Shown: positions 50,839 to 63,100, numbered from the whole stretch's first letter. The stretch is DNA of 63,810 nt, filler included, from Vicugna vicugna (GCA_013265495.1; 76 parts of 75 records of this genome joined end to end with filler, not necessarily neighbours in it); one strand, 5' to 3'. The notes: generated by a model not told the origin, from the sequence alone. Translations and numbers: made by a program.

Positions 50839-51266
50839 TACTGTCACTTGCAGGAGCCTCCCCACACTCAGGATACCAGAATAACACCTAGTGTGTGTGC
50901 TGATGGTGGGGAAACAGTGTCCTTGCATCTTTCAGTGGGCACAGGTATTCCCAAATATTTGGTTGTAGGTTAAACCACTTCAAATCCCGTGGAGAGGCAC
51001 TCAATAATACTTGGATTTAGAGCCCAACCCTCACATTCCAAAAAAAAACTAGGCTAGCCATCAGTGAAGACAAGTTAATGGATTGTATTAGAACCCAGGC
51101 CCTGCTCTAAGTTGTAGGTGCCTCCCCACACTCAGGAAACCTCAACCCGTTTTCATGTGTGTGCTGGAGGTGGGGAAACAGATTCCACGCTTTTTGTGGG
51201 GGCAGAGGTGTTCCAAGTTTAGGGATGTATTTAAAACACCTCCAATGCCCATGGAGAGGCACTCGC
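50839..51266 (+). repeat. Satellite B
   Basis: B monomer motifs; near-identical to the reverse complement of 53257-53525. Confidence 0.88.
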
Positions 51267-51366
51267 NNNNNNNNNNNNNNNNNNNNNNNNNNNNNNNNNN
51301 NNNNNNNNNNTTAATTAATTAANNNNNNNNNNNNNNNNNNNNNNNNNNNNNNNNNNNNNNNNNNNN

Positions 51367-52270
51367 CATTAAGAAAACACTCAGGGGAGACAAGCTTAGG
51401 CATTCCGTTAGTACACACGCGCTGCCGACCGTGGTGGAACCTCCCCACGCTCAAGATTCCGGAACCATTGTCAGTGCGTGGGGGAGCTCGAGAGACAACT
51501 CCACGTAGCTCTCTTCAGTCAAAGGTGTTCCCTGTTCGGGGAAGTCCGAGAAATAACTTCCCTGAACTTGGGCAGTTAGACTCGGTCCCTGGGATATCCT
51601 GCAATCACACCTAGCATTCCCTGGCACAGAGAAATTAGGAAAACCCTCAGGGGAGACGAGCTTAGGCATTCGTTAGAACCCACGCTCTGCAGACCGTTGG
51701 TGGAAACTCCCCACGCTCAGGATTCCGGAACCATTACGAGAGACAACTCCACGCAGCTCTCTTCAGTCACAGGTGTTCCCTGTTCGGGGAAGTCCGAGAA
51801 ATATCTTCCCTGACCTTGCGGATGCAGCCTCTTACACTGGGATATCCTGCAATCACCCCTAGCATTCCCTGGCACAGAAACATTAGGAATACCCTCAGGG
51901 GAGACGAGCTTAGGCATTACGTTAGAACCCACGCGCTGCCGACCGTTGGTGGAACCTCCCAACCCTCAGGATTCCGGAACCATTGTCAGTGCGTGGGGGA
52001 GCAGGAGAGACAACTCCACACAGCTCTCTTCAGTCACAGGTGTTCCGTGTTCGGGGTAGTCCGAGAAATACCTTCCCTATACTTGGGGATGCAGCCTCGA
52101 TCACTGGGATATCCTGCAATCACCCTTAGCATTCCCTGGCACAGAGACATTAGGAAATCCCTCAGGGTAGACGAGCTTAGGCATTCCGTTTGAACCGACG
52201 CGCTGACGACCGTTGGTGAAACCTGCACATGCTCACGATTCCGGAATCATTGTCAGTGCGTGGGGGAGCT
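51367..52270 (+). repeat. Satellite A
   Basis: About 3.4 monomers, one with a ~20-bp deletion near 51736. Confidence 0.95.
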
Positions 52271-53256
52271 NNNNNNNNNNNNNNNNNNNNNNNNNNNNNN
52301 NNNNNNNNNNNNNNTTAATTAATTAANNNNNNNNNNNNNNNNNNNNNNNNNNNNNNNNNNNNNNNNNNNNATACTTGTCATCTCTTCCCTCAGGTTCTTT
52401 AAAAAAAAAAACAAACAAAATGGAAGATTAATGTCAATAATATGGAAATGGAACACCAGGAAACCAAAGTTGTTACAAAATATATACATATAAAGTTAAA
52501 TTATCTGAATGCAGGTACACGCACACAGAGGGGCACACACACACCAAATACACAGTGAATCAGAGCTGATTTTGTCAAGAAAACATTCTCCCAAAGGAGA
52601 ATAGGAATAAAAATAAATATCATCTAATTTAAGGAAAAGTATCGTAGTAACAGTTCTGAAGTGCACATTTTTAAAATGTCCTTTATTTTGACATTACTAG
52701 AGCTATTATTATTTGGCTTATTACCTATAATACTTCTTTGCCTGTTAATACATGTATGCAGTCAACTTCATTATTGTAATACCTAAGTTGTGTGAAGAAG
52801 ACATGTACATTGAATTAACATCATGAACCAGTCTTGTAGAGGAAATTCAGGGATCTTTTCCTGGATGATTCTATTCACATTTCTCTCAACCGATCAATAA
52901 ATAACTTCATGTGATATGACATTCTATTGTAGCTAAAGCCTACTGAGGCATGTCTTAATAAAAACCCATGAAAAGATGGAGTTTAAGTACCAAATGTTAG
53001 TTTGAAAGCATTTGTATATCAAGGACTGAGAATATATTGGAGAAAACTCACACTTCACAAGCTTGGAAAAGGCAAATCATTGAAATGAATTGAAATGTAT
53101 TATTAGTAACTTTTAATGACCAAAAAAATCTGCCTAGATAGCATCCAGAAGAGAAANNNNNNNNNNNNNNNNNNNNNNNNNNNNNNNNNNNNNNNNNNNN
53201 TTAATTAATTAANNNNNNNNNNNNNNNNNNNNNNNNNNNNNNNNNNNNNNNNNNNN

Positions 53257-54013
53257 GCCTGGGTTCTAATACAATCCATTAAGTTGTCTTCACTGATGGC
53301 TTGCCTAGGCGGGAGTGTGGGGGACTGTGAGGGTTGGGCTCAAAAACCAAGTATTATTGAGTGCCTCTCCACGGGATTTGAAGTGGTTTAACCTACAACC
53401 AAATATTTGGGAATACCTGTGCCCCCTGAAAGATGCAAGGACACTGTTTCCCCACCTTCAGCACACACACGATGTGGTGTTCTGGTATACTGAGTGTGGG
53501 GAGACTCCTCCAACTGACAGCAGCACCTGGGAAATATAATCAATATGTTTGACATCCTTCAGTGTTTTCCTAGGCCGGGCTCTGAGCCTAGGTGGGGGCT
53601 GAGCTCTAAAGACAAGTAATAGCCTGTGCCTCTCTATGTTCAGTGGACGTGTTTAAACTACATCCAAACCTGGGAACACCTGTGCCCTCATGAAGATGCG
53701 TGGACACTCTTTCACCACCTCCAGCACACACACGAAAATGTGTTCAGGTATCCTGAGAGTGGGGAAGATCTTCCAAATGACAGCAGTGCCTGGGTTCCNN
53801 NNNNNNNNNNNNNNNNNNNNNNNNNNNNNNNNNNNNNNNNNNNNNNNNNNNNNNNNNNTGGGATTGGAGGCCAAGTAGCATCGAGTGCCTCCAATGGACT
53901 GAGGAAATATTTTGAGGAATTCTCCCTAACGTGGAACACCTGTGCCCCCATTCTTCTGCCTGGGATGTGTCTCCACATATCCCCCACACTAAAGGCTGGA
54001 TTCCGGATCCTGA
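53257..54013 (-). repeat. Satellite B
   Basis: TGACAGCAG..CCTGGG motif at ~265-bp spacing. Confidence 0.88.
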
Positions 54014-54113
54014 NNNNNNNNNNNNNNNNNNNNNNNNNNNNNNNNNNNNNNNNNNNNTTAATTAATTAANNNNNNNNNNNNNNNNNNNNNNNNNNNNNNN
54101 NNNNNNNNNNNNN

Positions 54114-55142
54114 AAAACCCACATCCCATGGCTAGGCTCTCGCTAATACTTGATTTAGTGCCCGACCCCCACTTTCCCCCACTCTCCAGCCTATGCATGC
54201 CATCAGGGAAGACAAGCTAAGGGATTCTATTAGAACCCAGGCGCTGCTGTCATTTGGAGGAGCCTCCCCACAATCAGGATACCTGAGCACGTCTCCGTGT
54301 GTGNNNNNNNNNNNNNNNNNNNNNNNNNNNNNNNNNNNNNNNNNNNNNNNNNNNNNNNNNNNNNNNNNNNNNNNCCCTCCACTACCCACAGAGATGCACT
54401 CGGTAATACTTGGTTTAGAGCCCATCCCCCACCATCGCTTACTGCTAGGCCTAGGAAAACACTTAAGGAAGTCAAGTAAGGGTTTCTATTAAAACCCAGG
54501 TGCTGCTGTCTGTTGGAGGAACCTCCCCACACTCAGAAACCCAGAACATTTCTTCTTGTGTGTGCTGGACGTGGGGAAACAGCACACGCATTTTTCAGGG
54601 GTCACAGTAATTCCCAACTTGTGGGTTGTAGATTAAACATCTCCACTACCCATGGAGACGCACACGCTAATACTTAGTTTTAAATCCCAAATCCCACTTT
54701 CAACCACACACTGGCCTAGGCAAACCATCAGGGAAGACAAGCAATGGGATTGTATTTAAACCAAGACGCTGATGTCAGTTTGAGGAACTACCCCACACTC
54801 AGGATACTGGAACACATCCTTGTTTGGTGGGGAGATTTGAAGCCCCACTCCACCCAGATGAATGGAGGAAAAGGTGTTCCGTTTAGGGAGAAGTCCTCTA
54901 AGTACTTCCTCAGTGGATCAGGGGGCACTCACTGCTACGTGGCCTCCAAGCCCAACCCCCAGCTTTCCCTCATGGCCTGGCCTAAAGGAACACTCAGGGA
55001 ANNNNNNNNNNNNNNNNNNNNNNNNNNNNNNNNNNNNNNNNNNNNNNNNNNNNNNNNNNNNCTTCGCGTGTGGATGTATGGAAACAGTCAAAGAATTTTT
55101 CAGGGGCACATTTATTCCATGGTTGTGGGTTGTAGGTTAAAA
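54114..55142 (+). repeat. Satellite B
   Basis: B motif at ~54231, ~54490 and ~54757. Confidence 0.88.
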
Positions 55143-55242
55143 NNNNNNNNNNNNNNNNNNNNNNNNNNNNNNNNNNNNNNNNNNNNTTAATTAATTAANN
55201 NNNNNNNNNNNNNNNNNNNNNNNNNNNNNNNNNNNNNNNNNN

Positions 55243-56037
55243 GAGCATGTGGATTACTGACCTTTCATCCACCAAACAAGGTGTTTAAAGGCTTAGAAAT
55301 ATTTACTCAGTCTTCGTAGTTTTTTCTATCACCAGGTTCTAAAATCGGACATTTGGCACCAGAAAACACTCTTTGAGCGAAATCTCACCAATACACATGT
55401 AATTTGCATTGTTTACATAACCATGGCATTCTGTATTACGAACANNNNNNNNNNNNNNNNNNNNNNNNNNNNNNNNNNNNNNNNNNNNNNNNNNNNNNNN
55501 NNNNNNNNNNNNNNNNNNNNNNNNNNNNNNNNNNNNNNNNNNNNNNNNNNNNNNNNNNNNNNNNNNNNNNNNNNNNNNNNNNNNNNNNNNNNNNNNNNNN
55601 NNNNNNNNNNNNNNNNNNNNNNNNNNNNNNNNNNNNNNNNNNNNNNNNNNNNNNNNNNNNNNNNNNNNNNNNNNNNNNNNNNNNNNNNNNNNNNNNNNNN
55701 NNNNNNNNNNNNNNNNNNNNNNNNNNNNNNNNNNNTGACAAACATGCATTTTGAGTTGAGAGCATGTGGATTACTAATCTTTCATCCTTTATAAAAGGAA
55801 TATTATCATCTAAACTCGTGTACACATTTTCACAAGCTGTCCCTAAAACCAGTTTCGAATTCATGATTTTTCACAGAAAAATAATTCTGGAGCGATTTCA
55901 ACCTAACAGGTATGTAATTTACATGAATTGCAACAACATGGATTTCCGGGTTCCGTACATGCTACATGTATGACGGATTTGGCAATCAAGCGTTTCTGAA
56001 TTGTGAGCATGTGGATTAATGACCTTTCATCCTCCGA
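55243..56037 (-). repeat. Satellite E
   Basis: Same blocks as other E scaffolds. Confidence 0.88.
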
Positions 56038-56137
56038 NNNNNNNNNNNNNNNNNNNNNNNNNNNNNNNNNNNNNNNNNNNNTTAATTAATTAANNNNNNN
56101 NNNNNNNNNNNNNNNNNNNNNNNNNNNNNNNNNNNNN

Positions 56138-56621
56138 TCAGCAGAGGGCTGGGAGGGCAAGGGACAGCCTTAGGGGCTCCAAAAAGCATGTAGAGCACGT
56201 GTGGGGAACAGAGGGCTGGGCGGTCAGGGGGCAGCCCCAGGGGCTCCAGGGCACAGGTTGAGCTTCTGCAGGGGAGCAGAGGGCTGGGAGGGCAGGGGGC
56301 AGCCCCAGGGGCTCCAGGGAGCAGGTTGAGCTTGTGCAAGTGAGCAGAGGCCTGCGAGGGCAGGGGGCAGCCCAGGGGGACTCCAGGGAGCAGGTGGTGC
56401 TTCTGCATGGGAGCAGAGGGCTGGGAGGGCAGGGGGCAGCCCCAGGGGCTCCAGGGCACAGGTTGAGCTTCTGCATGGGAGCAGAGGGCTGGGAGGGCAG
56501 GGGGCAGCCTTAGGGAAAGGAGCATGCACGTGTGGGTGAACAGAGGCCTGGGCGGTCAGGGTGAAACCCCAGGGGCACCAGGGCACAGGTTGAACTTCTG
56601 CAGGGGAGCAGAGGGCTGGGA
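56138..56621 (+). repeat. G-rich ~68-bp tandem repeat, possibly immunoglobulin switch-gamma region
   Basis: CAGAGG at 56142, 56209, 56277, 56345, 56414, 56482, 56541 and 56609; strong G skew; many AGCA/TGCA/AGCT motifs. The repeat is certain; the switch identity is tentative. Confidence 0.8.
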
Positions 56622-56721
56622 NNNNNNNNNNNNNNNNNNNNNNNNNNNNNNNNNNNNNNNNNNNNTTAATTAATTAANNNNNNNNNNNNNNNNNNNNNNN
56701 NNNNNNNNNNNNNNNNNNNNN

Positions 56722-57543
56722 GCTCTCAGTTGGAGGAGGCTGCCCACTCTCAGGAAAAGTGTGCAATTTTTTGTGTGTGTGCTGGAGGTTTGGAAACAGG
56801 CTCCACGGATCTTTATGGGGGCACAGGTGTTCCCAGGTTAGAGATGTAGTTTAAACACCGCCACAAACCATAGATAGGTCATCGCAAATACTTGGTTTCG
56901 GAGCCCAAACCACACTTTCCCCCGCACTCCCGCCTAGGTTTTCCATCAGGGAAGACAAGCAAAGGGATTCAATTAGAACCCAGGCGCTGCTGTCAGTTGG
57001 ACTTCCCTGCACTCAGAATTCCAGAACACATTCTTAGGTGTGGGAGAGATGTGCAGCCCCACTCCACCCAGATGAATGGAGGAAAAGGTGTTCCGTTTAG
57101 GGAGAAGTCCTCTAAGTAATTCCTAAGTGGATCAGGGGGCACTCACTGCTACTTGGCCTCCAATCCCAACCCCCAGCTTTCCCTCAAGGCCTGGCCTAAA
57201 GGAACACTCAGGGAAAAGAAGCTAACAGATACTAATAGAACCCAGGTGCTGCTGTCAGTTTGAGGAACCTCCCCACACTCAGAATACCAGAACACTTCTT
57301 CGCGTGTGTGCTGGATGTAGGGAAAGAGTCAAAGCATCTTTCAGGGGGCACATTTATTCCATGGTTGTGAGTTGTATGTTAAAAACCCACATCCCATGCA
57401 AAGACTCTCGCTAATACTTGGTTTAGAGCCCAACCCCCACTTTCACCCACTCTCCAGCCTAGGCATGCCATTAGGGAAAACAAGATAACGGATTCTACTA
57501 GAACCCAGGCGCTGCTGTCATTTGGAGGATCCTCCCCACAATC
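56722..57543 (+). repeat. Satellite B
   Basis: TAGAACCCAGG at 56974, 57236 and 57499 (262-263-bp spacing). Confidence 0.9.
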
Positions 57544-58162
57544 NNNNNNNNNNNNNNNNNNNNNNNNNNNNNNNNNNNNNNNNNNNNTTAATTAATTAAN
57601 NNNNNNNNNNNNNNNNNNNNNNNNNNNNNNNNNNNNNNNNNNNGACACTGGCAGGGTGTGAGGACAGAGGGGAAGGATTTGGTTTTTTTCCTCCAGACTG
57701 TAGATACGTCAGCTTCCCCCTGCAGTGATTTCTGAACTTTGAAGTATTAAAGCACCAGCATATTAGTACATCATCTCTGCAACATCCTGAAATAAAACAG
57801 TGACTATTTTTTAACTGAAATAAGTGAATTGATTTAAAAAAAAAAGTTTGCAGTTTTTAAATTTAAGTCTTAGTTGATTTCCAAAGTTATCTTAGTTTCC
57901 AGTGTATACCATAGTGATTCATTTATTGCATTTTTAAAAGAAGCTTAGCACATATACACACAAACCTATATTTGCACAAAAGATACTTGTAATACACAAA
58001 ATAACAAACATCAGTATCAGAGGTTGCCTCCAAGAAGGGACCTGGAGGAGGAAAGGCAGTTCTGACTTCCCGATGTAACCCCCTCCAGATAGCTTCAATT
58101 AATTAAAAAAAAAGGTTTAAATAATTAGTTTAAATAATTCATTTAACTAATCCATTGTACCA

Positions 58163-58172
58163 AATATATATA

Positions 58173-58206
<34 letters not shown>
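58163..58206. repeat. (TA)n/(TG)n microsatellite at scaffold end
   Basis: Direct reading. Confidence 0.9.
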
Positions 58207-58306
58207 NNNNNNNNNNNNNNNNNNNNNNNNNNNNNNNNNNNNNNNNNNNNTTAATTAATTAANNNNNNNNNNNNNNNNNNNNNNNNNNNNNNNNNNNNNN
58301 NNNNNN

Positions 58307-58812
58307 TCATTTCCACTAAAGTACTACCACTTTGTCCATAATAGACCAAAACTTGAAACCATCCAAACGTGGTTATTTACCCAGTGGATGATGGGGTAAA
58401 TAAATGATGGTTCATCCATATTGTGAACACTACTCAGCAATGAGAAGGAACAAGCAATTGATATATGCAACAACTTAGGTAAACCTCATAAAATTATGCT
58501 GAATAAAGACAGCCAATCCCAGAAGATTTTATACTATATGATTTTATTTGAAATAACAAAATTGTAGGAATGGTAACACATATGTGGGGAATGGGGAAAG
58601 GAGGAAAGTGTGTGTGGCTACAAAGAGTCAAAAGGAGAGATCTCGGTGGTCATGGAAATGTTCTGTATGTTAAATATTAATAATCCTCGATGTGATACTG
58701 TAATACAGCTTTTAATGTTAGCATCAGGTAAAACTTGGTAGAGAGTACAATGAGATATGTCTCTATTATTTCTTACAACTGCATGTAAAACTAAAATCAT
58801 CTCAAAAATTAC
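58307..58812 (+). mobile_element. Old L1MC/MD-type 3' UTR
   Basis: CATAATAG.CCAAAACTTGAAAC; TACTCAGCAATGAGAAGGAAC; TTATTTCTTACAACTGCATGT...ATCTCAAAA. Confidence 0.75.
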
Positions 58813-59682
58813 CTATTACATTAGAGTCATTTTCAATTGTAAATCAATGTATAGTTTGGGGAATCTGTATTGTATATAATTAGTCTATCAGTCTTGCTCT
58901 AATGCCTCAGAGTTTTAATTACTTTAGTTTAAAAAAAGTCCTATATCTGATAATGTCCATCTGCAATGTCATTCATCTTTAACACGATGTTAGTTATCTT
59001 TTGTCTTTTGCATTTTCCCATGTGCTTTAGAATCAGCTTTTAAGATTTCACAGCTTAACTTTTGCTCAATTTTGATTGAGACTATATTGGGTGTATAGAT
59101 AAATTTTGAGATAATTGGCAAAAATATCAGCCTTCTAATTCATGAGNNNNNNNNNNNNNNNNNNNNNNNNNNNNNNNNNNNNNNNNNNNNTTAATTAATT
59201 AANNNNNNNNNNNNNNNNNNNNNNNNNNNNNNNNNNNNNNNNNNNNCAGCTCCAGCTGATCTGAGAGAGGACTCTTCATTGATCATATATATACCAAAGT
59301 CAGGCTGAAGGATGCCTATGACCTTGGGAATCCAAACCAGCTTGTCCTGTTAATCAGGATATTAGACATCTTAAAAAAGTGTGCATCAGATGAAGACGAT
59401 GCCTTAGACAGCATTGGTGGTTATGTCCATCAGTGTCTAAGGACAAGTCATGCTCTGGCAGGTGGGAGCATTTTGGTTTCTTTAAGTTTGCTACTGAAGG
59501 GCTGGGAAATTTCATTGGGCCTTGAAACTCCAGACCTCTTTACTCACAAAGGCAGACAAGTTAGGTGAGCCAGCTCAGCCTCTATTCCAACTTCCTAACC
59601 AAAAGGCTGTGAGGTTGAAAATATATTTCTCAGACTCTTCTGCTGCAAGGGTTCCAGATGTGGCTTTAAAAATGCCCATCAG

Positions 59683-59912
59683 AGATTGAGATTTGCAAAT
59701 ATTAACTACTATATATAAATATAGCTAAAGAAACTAAATTTCTTCTGTATAGCACAGGGAACCATATTTAATATCTTGTAATAACCTTTAATGAAAAAGA
59801 ATATTAAAAGGAATACATACATATATACGTGTATATGAATGACTGGAACATTGTGCTGTGCATCAGAAATTGACACATTGTAACAATACTTCAAACATAT
59901 ATATACATATAT
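59683..59912 (+). mobile_element. 5'-truncated young LINE-1 3' end with target-site duplication
   Basis: GTATAGCACAGGGAAC..CAGAAATTGACACATTGTAAC L1 3' UTR; AATGCCCATCAG at 59671-59682 and 59913-59924; TTT/AAAAA endonuclease site. Confidence 0.85.
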
Positions 59913-60136
59913 AATGCCCATCAGCAGCATCTGAGTGTCACTGAAGGCAGAAACTCTGATGAATGGAGGCAGAGGTGGTTGGAGGAGCTAAGTTATTTTG
60001 CTGGGGTGGATGCAGCCGTCATGGCAGAGATCTAGANNNNNNNNNNNNNNNNNNNNNNNNNNNNNNNNNNNNNNNNNNNNTTAATTAATTAANNNNNNNN
60101 NNNNNNNNNNNNNNNNNNNNNNNNNNNNNNNNNNNN

Positions 60137-61173
60137 AGAATACTGAATATAGAATTTAGAATATAGAATGTAGAACAAAGAGTATAGAATGTAGGATACG
60201 GAACACTGAATAAAGAATATAGAATATAGAATGTAGAACACAGAATATGGAATTTAGAATACGGAATGCAGAATATTGAATACAGAATATAGAATATAGA
60301 ACACAGAATTTAGAATATAGANNNNNNNNNNNNNNNNNNNNNNNNNNNNNNNNNNNNNNNNNNNNNNNNNNNNNNNNNNNNNNNNNNNNNNNNNNNNNNN
60401 NNNNNNNNNNNNNNNNNNNNNNNNNNNNNNNNNNNNNNNNNNNNNNNNNNNNNNNNNNNNNNNNNNNNNNNNNNNNNNNNNNNNNNNNNNNNNNNNNNNN
60501 NNNNNNNNNNNNNNNNNNNNNNNNNNNNNNNNNNNNNNNNNNNNNNNNNNNNNNNNNNNNNNNNNNNNNNNNNNNNNNNNNNNTATGGAATATAGAATAC
60601 GGAATGCAGAATATAGAATACAGTAGATAGAATATAGAACACAGAATATAGAATATGGAAAACAGAATACAAAACCCAGAATTGAGAACATGGAAAGAAG
60701 AACATAGAATTTAGAATATAGAAAACCGAATACTGAATATAGAACTTCAAATATAGAATGTTGAACACAGAATTTAGAATACAGAATAAAGAATACTGAA
60801 TATTGAATTTATAAGTTAGAATGTAGAACACAGTATTTAGAATATAGATTAGAGAATATAGAACCCAGAATTTAGCACATGGAATGCAGAAGACAGAATT
60901 TAGAATATAGAATACAGAATACTGTATATAGAATTTAGAATATAGAATGTATAACACAGAATATAGAATATAGAATACGGAATGCAGAATATAGAATATA
61001 GAGTATAGAATGATGAACACAAATTATAGAATATAGAATAGAGAATATAGAAACCAGAATTAAGAACATGGAATGTAGAACACACAATTTGGAATATAGA
61101 ATACAGAATAATGAATTTGGAATTTCGCATATAGAATGTAGAACACAGAATATGGAATGTAGAATACGGAATG
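60137..61173 (+). repeat. Satellite D heptamer
   Basis: 7-bp periodicity. Confidence 0.95.
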
Positions 61174-61359
61174 NNNNNNNNNNNNNNNNNNNNNNNNNNN
61201 NNNNNNNNNNNNNNNNNTTAATTAATTAANNNNNNNNNNNNNNNNNNNNNNNNNNNNNNNNNNNNNNNNNNNNTGCTGCTCACAAAGGGGAACCTCGCTG
61301 TCTAAGCACAGCCAAAGATCCAATGGCTTCCCACGGCCGCGGTAACAGCTGGCCACACG

Positions 61360-61615
61360 TTTCATGGCTTTGTCAATACTCGTAGTGTGTCCCATGGCTC
61401 TGTGGATCTGAAGTCCCGACACGGCCAGGCTGGGCTCTCGCCCAGAGGCTCAGTCACGATCTCACTCAGTTAGACGCGAATTCAGCGCCCATGGGAGTGG
61501 GTTGTGGGAGTGCCGATCGGTTACTCACTAGCTGATGGCAGCAGCGTCCTAACCTTAGACTGGCTGTGGCCCCTCAGATTTAAACAGCAACCTCATGCTT
61601 TGAATATTCCTGAAC
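61360..61615 (-). mobile_element. Possible degraded MLT1 LTR
   Basis: TCTGTGGATCTGAAGTCC..CACGG..GCTGGG; GAATTCAG; CTCATGCTTTGAAT resemble MLT1E/F-type LTRs. Confidence 0.45.
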
Positions 61616-62292
61616 ACCCCGACTGCCACGTCCACTATACGTGGTCACAATGAGCAGACAAACATGGCACAGGATTCCCTCCCAAACATCTGGCTTGAGC
61701 TAACGTTGCTCATGAAGATCCTGCGGCTCCTGCCACTACAGTAGCTCCTGCTTCTCCTGACGGTCCCAAAGCTCCTGCTGCAACAAAAGCAACCACAGCT
61801 CCCGTTGTTTCCGAACATCCTGAAGATGCTGCAACTGCAGCTGGAATACAGAGCAACAGAGACCATGTGCAGGTGTCATCAGCCCGTGGGGCTGAGCTCC
61901 CTCTGTGCCCAAATGCACTTTCTTCTTGAAAATACCTCCATGAATCCCCTCCAGGACCCGAAATTGACTTCCACTCCCATGAAGTCCTTCGTGATTATTT
62001 TTCTTAACTTCCAACTCTTTGTTTCATATCGGTTATGGCATCCTTTATCTTGCCTTTTTAAGTTTCTTTAAATAAAATATAGACTTGGTCCCTCTGAAAT
62101 TGTGAATTCAGGAGAACTGGGTGCTTTCACGATGCCGTGAGACCATGACTACCATGCAGGCTCACACCATTCCTTTCTTTAAAGTAAAAACTNNNNNNNN
62201 NNNNNNNNNNNNNNNNNNNNNNNNNNNNNNNNNNNNTTAATTAATTAANNNNNNNNNNNNNNNNNNNNNNNNNNNNNNNNNNNNNNNNNNNN

Positions 62293-62660
62293 TACACACT
62301 CCACAGACTTGAGTGTGGGCCTTCCCCGAAGAGGGAGGGAGAGGGATGCCCGCGAGTTGACGCTATGTTGCTGGCTTTCTTGGGCTTGGTGGTTTCATAT
62401 GCTAATAAGTAGAAGGACCAGCCTTAGGGCAAGGGGCCGGGATTCCCAGTGAGTTAGCCATTTCCCACCCTGTGACCTTCTGTGGCCAGCCTTGGAATTG
62501 CCTTGGTGCCTGGGGCCGTGTTATTCACAATGTTACTATTACAATGGGTGTTTAATGAAGCTCAAGCTCTGCTAGAAGTTAAATCTCTTCATCCTGAGCC
62601 TCAAGGCCTATTGGGGGTTGAATCCTTCACCATTTTGTTGTTAATTGCTGTGGCCTTCCT
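62293..62660 (-). mobile_element. ERV1-type LTR fragment
   Basis: ACACACTCCACAGAC..GAGTGTGGGCC; TTTCATATGCTAAT; TTACAATG..TAATGAAGCTCAAG resemble laurasiatherian ERV1 LTRs (from memory). Confidence 0.6.
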
Positions 62661-63100
62661 NNNNNNNNNNNNNNNNNNNNNNNNNNNNNNNNNNNNNNNN
62701 NNNNNNNNNNNNNNNNNNNNNNNNNNNNNNNNNNNNNNNNNNNNNNNNNNNNNNNNNNNNNNNNNNNNNNTATGATGACTCTGAGTGGTGAGAAGGATGT
62801 TTCAGATTTTCCCACGTGAGACATGGGGACCTGCCAGCAGCCACCGCACATTTATGTCACGGGCATTATCACTTGTGTTGTTACGGAAACAGCAGGCCAG
62901 CCGAGAAACAAGCACCACTCGGAGGGTGGGAGTACTGAGATATACTATGCAGGCTGGCTCAGAGGGGCTTCTGTTCCAAAGCTCTGAGCACCTCCAAGAC
63001 NNNNNNNNNNNNNNNNNNNNNNNNNNNNNNNNNNNNNNNNNNNNTTAATTAATTAANNNNNNNNNNNNNNNNNNNNNNNNNNNNNNNNNNNNNNNNNNNN

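Noticed and set aside
52371..52420. Minus-strand splice acceptor (T-tract + AAG) with ~26 nt of possible exon
   Set aside because: Too short to identify; truncated by the scaffold end
804..63056. Regularly recurring TTAATTAATTAA as a CRISPR-like or biological repeat
   Set aside because: Always embedded in exactly 44+44 N; this is an assembly linker
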